Shown piece by piece: positions 1-10,374 of a stretch of 32,000 nucleotides of DNA (the first letter of the stretch is position 1; the number at the start of each line of letters is the position of its first letter). The notes under the pieces are model-generated. The model saw only the letters and a program-made list of their open reading frames with translations. It had not been told where the DNA came from and searched no databases. This DNA comes from Methanocaldococcus jannaschii DSM 2661 (lineage in GTDB: Archaea; AGJL01; Methanococci; Methanococcales; Methanocaldococcaceae): positions 1,279,460 through 1,311,459 of the forward strand of contig NC_000909.1 of NCBI RefSeq assembly GCF_000091665.1. Direction: 5' to 3'. The translations under genes and the position numbers were made by a program.

Positions 1-1
1 G

Positions 2-802
2 CCAGGAGTTAAGCTATTAGAAGTTGCTGAATTTGTTGAAAATAGAATTAGGGAATTAGGAGGGGAGCCAGCATTTCCGTGCAATATATCAATTAATGAG
101 ATAGCAGCTCATTACACTCCAAAATTAAATGATAACTTGGAGTTTAAAGATGATGATGTTGTTAAATTAGATTTAGGAGCTCATGTCGATGGATATATAG
201 CAGATACAGCTATAACAGTAGATTTATCAAACTCTTATAAAGATTTGGTAAAGGCATCTGAAGATGCACTATATACAGTTATTAAGGAGATAAACCCTCC
301 AATGAACATTGGAGAGATGGGAAAGATTATTCAGGAGGTTATTGAGAGTTATGGTTATAAACCAATATCCAACCTCTCTGGACATGTGATGCATAGATAT
401 GAGTTGCATACAGGAATTAGTATTCCAAATGTCTATGAAAGAACCAATCAATATATAGATGTTGGAGATTTGGTGGCTATAGAGCCGTTTGCAACAGATG
501 GCTTTGGAATGGTTAAAGATGGGAATCTTGGAAACATATATAAATTTTTAGCCAAAAGACCAATTAGATTGCCACAAGCAAGAAAACTTTTAGACGTTAT
601 ATCAAAAAATTACCCTTATCTACCCTTTGCTGAAAGATGGGTTTTAAAAAATGAGAGCGAGAGGCTGGCTTTAAACTCGTTAATTAGGGCATCTTGCATT
701 TACGGTTATCCAATATTAAAAGAGAGGGAGAATGGAATAGTTGGCCAGGCTGAGCACACAATATTAATAACTGAAAATGGTGTTGAGATAACAACAAAAT
801 AG
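2..802 (+). CDS. map: Methionine aminopeptidase (archaeal type II), 5' end outside window
   Basis: The frame is open from base 2 (PGVKLLEVAEFVENRIRELGGEPAFPCNISINEIAAHYTP...) and continues into the listed ORF. Motifs LDLGAHVDGYIADTA, GHVMHRYELHTG, IEPFAT and GIVGQAEHTI match the MetAP metal and substrate residues. Confidence 0.96.
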   Translation, partial: PGVKLLEVAEFVENRIRELGGEPAFPCNISINEIAAHYTPKLNDNLEFKDDDVVKLDLGAHVDGYIADTAITVDLSNSYKDLVKASEDALYTVIKEINPPMNIGEMGKIIQEVIESYGYKPISNLSGHVMHRYELHTGISIPNVYERTNQYIDVGDLVAIEPFATDGFGMVKDGNLGNIYKFLAKRPIRLPQARKLLDVISKNYPYLPFAERWVLKNESERLALNSLIRASCIYGYPILKERENGIVGQAEHTILITENGVEITTK

Positions 803-899
803 TATAGAATATTTAAGTTTTTTAATAAAAAATGAGATTTTATTTTAATGTTTATTATAAGAGATATGCCCATAAAATCCAAAATATTAAAGTGAGAAA

Positions 900-1331
900 A
901 TGATTATTAAAAAATTAGAGGAGTTTGGAATAACTATTGACAGCTTATTGGATGCTGGAATGGATTTATATATTGGGAGTAATGAAGAAAGAGACAGAGT
1001 TAAAGAGAAACTTAAGGAGATTTTGTTAAAGCAGTTGTCTAACCCTAATGTCTCAACTTTGTTAATTGCAGCAATTTTGTTGGATAATGAAGGCAGAGCT
1101 AACAATCTGCCATTCAACTACAACGAAGACCCAAACTATGTGTATGTTGATGAGGTTATTGGATTAGCTATAGCAAATGAGATTGCTGGAACTAAGGCAA
1201 TATTTAACTTTAGATTCTATGATGCTAAAAAACCCGGAATAATTGGAGAGTTAGATAGGAAAGGCTTTATGTTCTTAGATGATGCTATAGCCGGTTTGTT
1301 GGCTGGGTGTATGAGTAAGGTGTTTGAATAA
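900..1331 (+). CDS. PgpA/CobZ-like phosphatase-family protein (phosphatidylglycerophosphatase A fold)
   Basis: 143 aa; YVDEVIGLAIANEIAGTKAIFNFRFYDAKKPGIIGELDRK...LDDAIAGLLAG has the PgpA-like DE..G / FR.YD..KP / DD..AG pattern. Confidence 0.65.
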   Translation: MIIKKLEEFGITIDSLLDAGMDLYIGSNEERDRVKEKLKEILLKQLSNPNVSTLLIAAILLDNEGRANNLPFNYNEDPNYVYVDEVIGLAIANEIAGTKAIFNFRFYDAKKPGIIGELDRKGFMFLDDAIAGLLAGCMSKVFE

Positions 1332-1333
1332 AG

Positions 1334-1756
1334 TTAAACTTCAAAGGTATCTTTCAATATGTCTCTAATCTCCTCTGAAACTTTTATTTGCTTCTCTAAG
1401 GCATTAAAAATATTCTCTAAATAGCTAATTGTTTTATCCAACTTTTTATTAATCTCTTTTAACTCATTCGTTGAAATCTTATTCAATCCATTAGGAAATT
1501 CAATATATGTATTTAAATCTCTTTCTTCTATCCTTTCAACCTTTATTAACCCACCATCATCTTCTAAATCTTTAATGATTTCCTTAAAAAGCTGTCTTTT
1601 CTTCTCATTGGGAAAGTTTGCCAAAATCCTAACACTGTCTTTATAAACATAAACAACCCCATTCACATCCAACAATTTTCCTAAACTCTCAACTTTATCT
1701 ATAAATTCAGCACACTCCACATTTCCATAAATTCTCAGCTCATAAGTTGTAGCCAT
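1334..1756 (-). CDS. Conserved hypothetical protein with C-terminal coiled coil
   Basis: Open ORF 1334..1768. Likely start is MATTYELRIYG at 1756, preceded by a GGTGG-type RBS. Confidence 0.6.
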   Translation of the reverse strand: MATTYELRIYGNVECAEFIDKVESLGKLLDVNGVVYVYKDSVRILANFPNEKKRQLFKEIIKDLEDDGGLIKVERIEERDLNTYIEFPNGLNKISTNELKEINKKLDKTISYLENIFNALEKQIKVSEEIRDILKDTFEV

Positions 1757-1776
1757 GGAGGCCACCAAAAATTTAA

Positions 1777-2952
1777 TTATTTTGCGGCAGAGACAATTTT
1801 AATAATATCATTATGCTTCAATTCGTAATCAGCTCCTACTCTAATCTTCTTCTTTGCATCTATTGCATAGATAAATTTCTCTCCCAACTCTGTATGCACC
1901 TTATAAGCTAAGTCTCTTGCAGTACTTCCTTTTTTAACCAAAAATGCATCTGGTAATACATTTCCTTGCTTATCTGAAAATTTGTTCTCATCTTCAACTG
2001 GATAGACAACAATCATATCCAACAAATCAAAATAAGCTTTATTTATGCATTCTTGGACTCCAGTTCCTCCATACTTCTTTAAAAAGTCCTTTATGTAATC
2101 AAAAGCTCTCCTCATCTGTTCATTCACTTTGCTTTCATCAATTATCTCAAAGTCATTTTCTTTTCTTTTTATAATTCCAGCCTTTTCAGCTCTTTTTAAA
2201 GCTAACTCTATCTCTGCAGATGTTGGAATAACTATATAGTCCTTAAACTCTTTCTTTAGCCTTTCAATATTCTTCTCTGCATCCGGGTGGTCTGCCTTAT
2301 TTGCAGCGATAATCATTGGTTTTGAAATTTTTCTAAGCTTTTTAGCCAAGTTTAGCAAATCTTCTTCAGTCCATTTAATTGGGCTTTCATCCATATCTCT
2401 AATAGCCATCTTTATGTCATCCTCATCTATATTCAATCCACTTAATTGGTCTTTTAAAGCTTTAACTATGTTCTTCTCTTGTTGGGCTCTTCTTGCCAAC
2501 TTATCCCAATTTTTCGTCAAAATGCTATAAATCCACATATCTATCTCATTTAATAAGAATTTAACATCCTCAACTGGGTCATAGTTTTCTGTTGGATTTC
2601 CTTCAGCATCTGTCTTTCCAGAGGCATCAACAACCAATATAAATGCATCTGCTTGCCTTAAATCATCCAAAAACTTGTTTCCCATCCCTCTACCTTCATG
2701 TGCTCCTGGGACTAAACCAGCCACATCTATAACTTCAACTGGAATATGTCTAATCCCATCTATACATTTTGAATTTCTTGGATTACACTTAACTCCCAAT
2801 TCCTTACAAGGACAGGGGCTTGTTATATAAGCGATACCTTTATTTGGTTGTATTGTTGTAAATGGATAATTTCCAATTTCTGCTGGTTTTTCAGTTAAAG
2901 CATTGAACATTGTTGATTTCCCTACGTTTGGTTTCCCTACTAAACCAATCAT
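1777..2952 (-). CDS. YchF/Obg-family GTPase (archaeal type, C-terminal TGS domain)
   Basis: P-loop [53 protein letters not shown], and C-terminal TGS-like segment. MIGLVGKP start at 2952. Confidence 0.93.
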   Translation of the reverse strand: MIGLVGKPNVGKSTMFNALTEKPAEIGNYPFTTIQPNKGIAYITSPCPCKELGVKCNPRNSKCIDGIRHIPVEVIDVAGLVPGAHEGRGMGNKFLDDLRQADAFILVVDASGKTDAEGNPTENYDPVEDVKFLLNEIDMWIYSILTKNWDKLARRAQQEKNIVKALKDQLSGLNIDEDDIKMAIRDMDESPIKWTEEDLLNLAKKLRKISKPMIIAANKADHPDAEKNIERLKKEFKDYIVIPTSAEIELALKRAEKAGIIKRKENDFEIIDESKVNEQMRRAFDYIKDFLKKYGGTGVQECINKAYFDLLDMIVVYPVEDENKFSDKQGNVLPDAFLVKKGSTARDLAYKVHTELGEKFIYAIDAKKKIRVGADYELKHNDIIKIVSAAK

Positions 2953-3050
2953 TGCCAAGTTCTCACCATAAAAATATTGAGTATGGTGTTAAAATATTTA
3001 TATGACTTTATGTAGTAATGATATTTAAAATTACACAATAGGTGAAATGA

Positions 3051-3305
3051 ATGCCGTCTCCAAAAATTCAAGAGATAATAAATGAATTAGATAACTTAAT
3101 GAATAGAGAGAGGAAATATATTGAGTTGGTTGCCACAGTTGAATACTTGTTAAATTTGATAGAACCTTCAAAAAGAGAGAAATTTAAGGAAGCGTTATAT
3201 GATGCTGAAACTGTTGAAGATGTTTATGAACTTATAAAGGCAATAAAATTACAGCTTGGAATGCAAGGGGCAAGAAGATATTTATTAACCTTAGAAGGGC
3301 AGTAA
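3051..3305 (+). CDS. Small conserved hypothetical protein (84 aa)
   Basis: Complete ORF preceded by GGTGAA RBS; helical charged sequence. Confidence 0.6.
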   Translation: MPSPKIQEIINELDNLMNRERKYIELVATVEYLLNLIEPSKREKFKEALYDAETVEDVYELIKAIKLQLGMQGARRYLLTLEGQ

Positions 3306-3363
3306 CTATTTTTATCTTTATTTTTTATTACCTTATAAATTTAAACTTTATAAATTAAATAAA

Positions 3364-3777
3364 TTAATTAGATATTGAAAGGAGAATAATCCCAATAATT
3401 ATAAGAACTATCCCAATCATTTGTGGAAGTGTTAGAGTCTCTTTTAAAAACAGTATTGACAGAGCTACTGTTATCGCTGGACCTATTGATGATAAGGGCA
3501 CAACAATGCTTGCTTTTCCTTTATATAACGCATAATATAACAATAGAGAACCAATCACTACTAAGACTGCTGATATTATTGCATAAGTAAGAATTTTTTG
3601 GTCAGTAATAATTATATTTTTATATTTGAGTAATATGATTAAACATAATATAATCCCAACTATATTTACCACTATCCATTGAAATAAAGGGTTTTTTTCA
3701 CAGACAATTTTCGCAAAAAATGTCCCAACCCCATAAAACACAGCCACTAAAAGTCCCAATATTATTGCTGTATCCAT
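3364..3777 (-). CDS. Single-EamA-domain DMT-superfamily membrane protein
   Basis: 137 aa, highly hydrophobic; SSIGPAITVALSILFLKETLTLPQMIGIVLIIIGIILL is typical of an EamA C-terminal half. Confidence 0.85.
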   Translation of the reverse strand: MDTAIILGLLVAVFYGVGTFFAKIVCEKNPLFQWIVVNIVGIILCLIILLKYKNIIITDQKILTYAIISAVLVVIGSLLLYYALYKGKASIVVPLSSIGPAITVALSILFLKETLTLPQMIGIVLIIIGIILLSISN

Positions 3778-3809
3778 ACTATCCCAACTTAATAAAAAAT
3801 AAAATTAGA

Positions 3810-4661
3810 TTATAAATTTTTAACGAATTCTTTTAAGAATTCTCTAAATTCAGGGAATCTTTCAGCTCCAATTTCTACATTTGCTTTTAACCATCCAAGA
3901 GCGTCCCCAATATCATATCTTTTACAGTTAATTTCAACCCCTATAATATCTTCCTCTTTTAAAAGTAGATTCATAGCATCTGTAATCTGAATCTCTCCTC
4001 CTCTTCCAGGAGGAGTTTCTCTAATTTTTTCAAATATCTTTGGAGATAATAAATAAGCCCCGGTTATAATCAAATTTGAAGGTGCCTCTTCAACTTTTGG
4101 TTTTTCTACCATATTTTTTATTTTATAAACGCCCTTTTCTATCTCTTCCCCATCAATTACTCCATATTTATAAACATCTTCTTTTGGAACTCTCTCTAAT
4201 GCAATAACTGAACAGCCGTATTTTTCATGAGCTTTTATTAAATCTTTTACAATATTTTTAGAGTAAATTGTATCTCCAACCATTGCTATAAAGTATTCCT
4301 CCCCAACAAATTCCTCCCCATACAAAATAGCATCTCCTAAACCTTTCTGCTCTTTCTGTCTTACATAAAATATATTCCCTAACCTATCAATTTCTTTAAT
4401 AATTTTTAGAAGTTCATATTTTCCAGATTTCTCTAATTTACACTCCAACTCATAATTTACGTCAAAGTGGTTTTCTATTGCCTGTTTTCCCTTCCCAGTT
4501 ACAAATAAAATATCCTTTACTCCTGCTTCTACCAAATCTTCAACAACATATTGCACTATTGGCTTATTAACTACTGGAAGCATCTCCTTCGGTTGAGCCT
4601 TTGTTATTGGTAATAGTCGAGTCCCAAAACCAGCCACTGGAATTACTGCCTTTCTTATCAT
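3810..4661 (-). CDS. galU: UTP-glucose-1-phosphate uridylyltransferase
   Basis: MIRKAVIPVAGFGTRLLPITKAQPKEMLPVVNKPIVQYVVEDL nucleotidyltransferase signature and full-length 283 aa. Confidence 0.94.
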   Translation of the reverse strand: MIRKAVIPVAGFGTRLLPITKAQPKEMLPVVNKPIVQYVVEDLVEAGVKDILFVTGKGKQAIENHFDVNYELECKLEKSGKYELLKIIKEIDRLGNIFYVRQKEQKGLGDAILYGEEFVGEEYFIAMVGDTIYSKNIVKDLIKAHEKYGCSVIALERVPKEDVYKYGVIDGEEIEKGVYKIKNMVEKPKVEEAPSNLIITGAYLLSPKIFEKIRETPPGRGGEIQITDAMNLLLKEEDIIGVEINCKRYDIGDALGWLKANVEIGAERFPEFREFLKEFVKNL

Positions 4662-4750
4662 CCTCTCCCTTTAGTAAATTTTTATTAAATTAATTTATGT
4701 TACAATTATATAGTATTAATATAGTAGGTATAAATAATTTGGTGATGATT

Positions 4751-5307
4751 ATGAAAAAGTATTTCGAGGAAAGTGCAAATGTGAAACTAAAATTCATTGA
4801 AGAAGATGAGGAAAAGTTAAAAAAAGCTATTGAAGTCATATATAATGCATTAAAAAATGGAAATAAAATTTTAATTTGTGGAAATGGAGGAGTGCAGCTA
4901 ACTCTCAGCATTTTGCCGCTGAGATTGTAGGAAGGTTTAAGTTAGAAAGGAAAGGATTGCCTGCAATTGCATTAACAACAGATATATCAATTTTAACAGC
5001 TATAGGAAATGATTATGGTTTTGATAGGATTTTTGAGAGGCAAGTTGAAGCTTTGGGAAAAGAAGGAGATGTTTTGGCCGGTATATCAACAAGTGGAAAT
5101 TCAGAAAACGTTATAAAGGCAGCTAATAAAGCAAAGGAAATGGGGATTTATACAATTGGTTTATTGGGAAAAGGTGGAGGAAAGCTAAAGGATATTGTTG
5201 ATTTGGCATTGGTGGTTCCTTCTAATGACACAGCAAGGATACAAGAGTGCCATCTAACAATTTATCATGTTATATGTGAGGAGGTTGAGAAAAAATTGGT
5301 GAAATAG
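4751..5307 (+). pseudogene. gmhA: GmhA-like sedoheptulose-7-phosphate isomerase (SIS domain), one frameshift near 4889-4892
   Basis: Frame 1 gives [15 protein letters not shown]...KILICGNGG, then the next frame continues [48 protein letters not shown]. Together they form the GmhA GNGGSAA..QHFAAE motif with one base missing. GGTGAT RBS at 4741. Confidence 0.85.
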
Positions 5308-5329
5308 ATGATAATTGAAGATAGAGAAA

Positions 5330-5925
5330 CGTTAAAAAAGAAGGCCAACAATAGTAAAGCATAGATTTGTTGCTATGGGTTATAATCAGCAATTGCTTAG
5401 GGTTGATTATGAAAAAATCTATCCAATAAACGATGAGTTAAGCAGTAAAATTTTGGGAGTTATTAAAAATCTCAATGGAAAATCAGATATATTAGTAATC
5501 TCTGATTATGCAAAGGGATTAATTACAAAGGAACTCATGGATGACATAAAAAAAGAATTTAAGGGAAAAATCTTAATTGACCCAAAACCAAAAAATGACT
5601 TTTATAAGGATGTCTATTTAATAAAACCGAATCTAAAAGAGGCTTCCCAAATTTTAGGAAGGGAGATAGAAAATAAAGATGATGAGTTGGAAAAATCTGG
5701 ATTGGAATCAGTTGATAAATACAATTCAAACTTTGTTATAACGAGAGGTGAAAAAGGAGCTACATTAATAACTGTTGATGAAATATTTACCATGTTCCAA
5801 CAGAAGTCAAAGAGGTCATGATGTTTCAGGGGCTGGAGATACATTTATCGCAGTTTTGGGCTATGCGTTAGAGAAGGGCGTTTGAAAAAGCTAAGGAGTT
5901 AGTTAATACTCAAAATGAATAAATT
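5330..5925 (+). pseudogene. Degraded HldE/RfaE-like heptose-7-phosphate kinase (PfkB fold)
   Basis: RPTIVKHRFVAMGYNQQLLRVDYEKI...DILVISDYAKGLITKELMDDIKKE...ILIDPKPKN...IKPNLKEA...VITRGEKGATLI in open frame. Continuations HVPTEVKEV and DVSGAGDTFIAVLGYALEKG, then FEKAKELVNTQNE, lie in shifted frames. The N-terminal portion is missing. Confidence 0.82.
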
Positions 5926-5938
5926 GTAGGGATTACTA

Positions 5939-6755
5939 ATGATTATAGCAGGAACTATGCCAATAAAAGGTTTAGATTTAACTATTGGAAAACCCATTTT
6001 AAAAGGAGATAAAATAATAAATAACAAGGAATTTCCTATTTCTATGGAGGGCCGGAGCTTTGATAGGGGCTGTTTTAAAAACTTTGGAGTATTTTGATGA
6101 AAAAGATGTTAAAGTAATAACTACAGGGGATATTGGAGAAGGGGATGGAAGCTTAAAGATTTATGACGCATTAAAAGAGATAGATGATGATTTGGTTATA
6201 ATACATTATATAAAACCAAAGATTTCAAAAATTAGAGAGATAAATTTCTCTCCAAAGATTATTGCAGATGCTGGAGGAATGTATGCTGCAAAGGCAGCAA
6301 ATATTGGAGATAAATTTTATCTCTTTTTGCCTGATGTTGGTGAATTGGCATTCTTAGCAGATGAAAAAGCTTCTCATCCAGCTTATGTTAGAGGTTTTAT
6401 ATCTGAGATAGACGATAATGAAGTGCCAAAACTCATTGAAAGGGATTATAAACTAAAAATGCCAAAGTATATGGTTGTTAAAGGGGAAACTGACTATACT
6501 ATTAGAGAGGAAAAGATAATTGATAAAATAAAAGAACCAAAAATAAAGGCAATGGAATGTATTGGTGGAACTGGAGATACTTTAACAGAGATAGTATCAT
6601 CTTTAATAAGTGTTGATTTTAAAACAGAGGAAGCACTGAGTTTAGGATGTAAAATAAATAGAAAACTTGGAGAGATAGCTAATGTTAATCCAAATACTCA
6701 AATTACAGAGATAATTAACGCCATTCCAAAAGCTTTAGAGAACACATTAAAGTAG
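5939..6755 (+). pseudogene. Carbohydrate-kinase / NAD(P)H-hydrate dehydratase-like protein, apparent frameshift at about 6046-6052
   Basis: MIIAGTMPIKGLDLTIGKPILKGDKIINNKEFPISMEG in one frame is followed by ALIGAVLKTLEYFDEKDVKVITTGDIGEGDG... in another. GGTGDTLTEIV near the C-terminus resembles a ribokinase-like anion-hole motif. Confidence 0.6.
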
Positions 6756-6864
6756 TTGAGGGCGGTGAATAGCATAATAATAAGAAAAATAAATAATAAA
6801 GTATTTATATAATAATCATCAGAAACTCTAAATGCGTAATATAAGAAAAATCAAGGTTGATAAC

Positions 6865-7893
6865 ATGAAGGTATCCGTATATGGAGCGGGGAATCAAAAT
6901 CTATACATAAATAAATTAAACCTTCCAGAAAAATTCGGTGGGGAGCCACCTTATGGCGGTTCAAGGATGGCTATTGAATTTGCTGAGGCAGGGCATGATG
7001 TTGTTTTAGCTGAACCAAATAAAAACATAATGAGTGATGATTTATGGAAAAAGGTTGAAGATGCTGGGGTTAAGGTTGTTAGTGATGATGTCGAAGCTGC
7101 AAAGCACGGGGAAATTCATGTTTTATTTACCCCTTTTGGTAAGGCAACATTTAGAATAGCAAAGACAATTATTGAACATGTTCCTGAAAATGCTGTTATT
7201 TGTAACACCTGCACTGTTTCACCTGTAGTGTTATACTACTCATTAGAACCAATATTAAGAACAAAAAGAAAGGATGTAGGAATTTCATCAATGCATCCAG
7301 CAGCTGTTCCTGGAACTCCACAACACGGACATTATGTGATTGGTGGGAAAACCACTGATGGAAAAGAATTGGCTACTGAGGAACAGATAAAAAAAGCTGT
7401 AGAGCTTGCCAAAAGTGCAGGAAAAGAGGCTTATGTTGTTCCTGCTGATGTTTCTTCAGTTGTTGCTGATATGGGGAGTTTAGTTACTGCAGTTGCTTTA
7501 TCGGGAGTTCTGGACTACTATACAGTTGGAAGAAAGATTATAAATGCTCCTAAGAAGATGATTGAACAGCAAGTTATCATGACCCTACAGACAATGGCTT
7601 CTCTTGTTGAAACATCAGGTATTGAAGGGATGGTAAAGGCATTAAATCCAGAGTTATTAATAAGGAGTGCTTCATCAATGAAGTTATTAGATAGACAGAA
7701 GGATTTAGATGCTGCCTTAGAGATTCTTCAAAACTTAGATGAAACATTAAAGGCAGAAGTAGAAAAAGCAGAAATAAAACCAACAACACTTGTAGCGGCT
7801 CAATCATTAGTTAAGGAGATAAAAACTTTAATAGGAGGGGCTGCTGCAGAGGGGGCAATAAAAAGAAGTGCAAGAAAATTATTTGAGCATTAA
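6865..7893 (+). CDS. HmdII-like protein (H2-forming methylene-H4MPT dehydrogenase paralog)
   Basis: MKVSVYGAGNQNLYINKLNLPEKFGGEPPYGGSRMAIEFAEAGHDVVLAEP, ICNTCTVSP and SSMHPAAVPGTPQHGHYVIGG are Hmd-family signatures. Start set at 6865, downstream of the ORF-track start. Confidence 0.88.
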   Translation: MKVSVYGAGNQNLYINKLNLPEKFGGEPPYGGSRMAIEFAEAGHDVVLAEPNKNIMSDDLWKKVEDAGVKVVSDDVEAAKHGEIHVLFTPFGKATFRIAKTIIEHVPENAVICNTCTVSPVVLYYSLEPILRTKRKDVGISSMHPAAVPGTPQHGHYVIGGKTTDGKELATEEQIKKAVELAKSAGKEAYVVPADVSSVVADMGSLVTAVALSGVLDYYTVGRKIINAPKKMIEQQVIMTLQTMASLVETSGIEGMVKALNPELLIRSASSMKLLDRQKDLDAALEILQNLDETLKAEVEKAEIKPTTLVAAQSLVKEIKTLIGGAAAEGAIKRSARKLFEH

Positions 7894-7924
7894 ACTTATA
7901 ATATTTTATTTTTAGGGGAGATTC

Positions 7925-8389
7925 ATGAAAAAAGATGAGGTTAAGGTTGTAGTTATTGGTTCAAGTGATGTTGGAAAAACAACATTAATGGAAAATTTAA
8001 TTGATAAAATTGGAAAAGTTGAATACAAAGGAATTACAACAGCTATTGACTATGGTTCATTAACAATAAAAGATAAGAAGATACACTTCTTTGGGACTCC
8101 AGGGCAGAAAAGATTTGAGTTCATGAGAGAATTGGCATTAAAAGGGACTAATTTTGCTTTAGTAGTGTTGGATGCATCAAAAGGAATAACTAAAGAAGAT
8201 GAAGAAATAATAAAATTATTAGAATCTAAAAAAATCCCGTACGGAATTTTTATAAATAAAACAGATGTTGGAGATATCGATACCTCCGAAGTTTATAACT
8301 TTTGCAACCCAAAATTCATTGTTAAAGGTTGTGCAGTGAAAAAAGATGGACTTGACGAACTTATAAATAAAATTATGTCCCACACATAA
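7925..8389 (+). CDS. Small Ras/MglA-like GTPase
   Basis: [15 protein letters not shown] (Walker A), [28 protein letters not shown] (switch II), INKTDVGD (NKxD). Confidence 0.9.
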   Translation: MKKDEVKVVVIGSSDVGKTTLMENLIDKIGKVEYKGITTAIDYGSLTIKDKKIHFFGTPGQKRFEFMRELALKGTNFALVVLDASKGITKEDEEIIKLLESKKIPYGIFINKTDVGDIDTSEVYNFCNPKFIVKGCAVKKDGLDELINKIMSHT

Positions 8390-8460
8390 CAAATAAATTT
8401 AAAAAATTATATATAGCAAAAACGCATAATTTACATAAGCCAGAGTATAAGGGTGAAAAT

Positions 8461-8805
8461 ATGATTGATAGGGTTTTGTTGGAGTTGAATAAGACTGAGG
8501 GTATTAAGGGTTCTATGGTTGTTGGTAAGGATGGTTTAGTTATTGCCTCTCAATTGCCTGGGAGTGTTGATGCTGAGTTAGTTGGGGCTATGGCTTCAGC
8601 AGCATTTGGGGCTGCTGAAAGAACAGCAGCAGAAATTGGAATGGGTACTTTAGAACAAACAATGATTGAAGGAGAGCACGGTAAAACCCTAATGGTCGAT
8701 GCAGGAGAGGGAATTTTAGTAGTCCTAACTGATGCGAAAGTTAATTTAGGTTTAATCAGAATAACAATGAAAAGAGCCGCAGAAAAAATAAAAGCAATGT
8801 TCTAA
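8461..8805 (+). CDS. Roadblock/LC7-domain protein
   Basis: 114 aa; [48 protein letters not shown]...[24 protein letters not shown]. Confidence 0.9.
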   Translation: MIDRVLLELNKTEGIKGSMVVGKDGLVIASQLPGSVDAELVGAMASAAFGAAERTAAEIGMGTLEQTMIEGEHGKTLMVDAGEGILVVLTDAKVNLGLIRITMKRAAEKIKAMF

Positions 8806-8818
8806 AATAATATTATAA

Positions 8819-9757
8819 TTATAAAATAGAGCTTAATGCTATAATAATTTCATTGATAACTTCTCTGTTCAATTCAGAGATATCAATTTTCTTTGTTTCA
8901 AATACAATCCCATTTTTTAAAATTCTATCATAGTTTGGACAGATTGTTGTTATTGATTTTCTATTGTCCAATTTTATTAAACTGTTTATTTTTTTAGAGA
9001 TATTTTTTGGATTATCGCATTCAATAAATACAGATATTCCCTCAAACTCTCTAAAATAGGCATTTTCAATTTCATCTTTAATTATTTTAGATGCCTCTAC
9101 ATATTTCTTATACGTTTTTTTAGCATTTAGTAACTCCTCTTTTAAAAGTCCAAAATAGTTTATTGTTTTATATGTTTTGGATAAAATTTTAATGTCATTT
9201 AAAGCATTACCTAATTTTTCTTCAATTTCTTTACTAATTCCTAAAAAACCACCGTATTCACAGTTTAATATCTTTGGAGTTCCAGTAGAGCAAACAACAA
9301 TATCTCCATATCCACAATCTCCTCCAATTTTTCCTGAAATATCTTCAATAAATAAAACCTCTCTCTCCTCACATAATTTTTTTATTTCTTTTAATGGTTG
9401 TGGAGCTAAATATCCAGCTAAAGATGTTAAAATAAGTGATGAGTTTTCTTTTAAACTTTCATCTAATTTTTCTAAATCAATAATTCCCAAATTCGTTTCT
9501 ATCATATTATTTTTTAGATTCAATAATTTAGGAAATTTTAAAAATCCCTGCCAACCTCCCATATCTGGGATTGAAATCTCGTTACTATAAATTTTTGCTA
9601 TCCACATTGATAAAAAGACTGCTGAACTTCCTGAAGGGAGGAACGTTATTTTATAATCCCTATTTAATAACTCGTTAATTATCATCTCAACTTCTTCTTT
9701 ATTCCCCTCTTTATTCATTAATCCATATATATTTGGTCTTCTATGCTTGAGAATCAT
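8819..9757 (-). CDS. PLP-dependent aminotransferase-like protein (DegT/DnrJ fold-related)
   Basis: [46 protein letters not shown] (probable aldimine Lys). Confidence 0.65.
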
Positions 9758-9879
9758 CTTCTCACCATATCCCTCAATATTTGATAACGATATGACATAG
9801 AAATATTTATATATCTCCTATAATACAAAACAATTTTAATTAAATTTAACGTATTTTTAATTATTAGGTGGGGTTGGGG

Positions 9880-10337
9880 TAAAATATAAAGAATTATTTA
9901 AGAATAGGAGCCTAAAAAAAATCTTCACATTGTTTTAACATCGATGATAGCAGAGTTTTCAAGGTTGGGGATTTTAAATCAAGGAACAACAAATGTTGTG
10001 GGTTCTGGGTGGGAAAAAGATAGCAAAGTGTTTAAAAGAGACAGTTAATCCAAAAGAAATAGAAGATAAGGAATTAATAAAATTTTTAATTAATTTTTGT
10101 GACATGTGCAATGATTTTGTTATTGATGATGAAAAAATAGGAATAAAAATTGATAAGTGTAAATATTGTCCAAAGCAGATTGGAGAAGCAGAAATTCCAG
10201 GAAGTGCATGTCCAATTCCCTCAATATTGGCAAGCTGCATGAGAGAATTGACTAAAAAAGATTACAAAATAAATTTATGGGATGGAAATAAGGTAATAAT
10301 AAAAGAAAACGGATATTGTTGGTTTAGGATTAAATAA
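9880..10337 (+). other. Cys-rich conserved hypothetical protein; N-terminal part possibly interrupted by two compensating frameshifts
   Basis: The open frame 9993..10337 encodes CDMCNDF...KCKYCPKQIGEAEIPGSACPIPS. Frame B upstream (MIAEFSRLGILNQGTTNVVGSGWEK) joins naturally to IAKCLKETVNPKE. A further upstream segment, VKYKELFKNRSLKKIFTLF, is in the 9993 frame. Confidence 0.45.
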
Positions 10338-10374
10338 TTATTGTCCAAAAATAAATTAAAATAAATTAAGAATT

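Noticed and set aside
9974-10240. Minus-strand ORF opposite the Cys-rich ORF
   Set aside because: Antisense shadow ORF with no RBS or recognisable motif.
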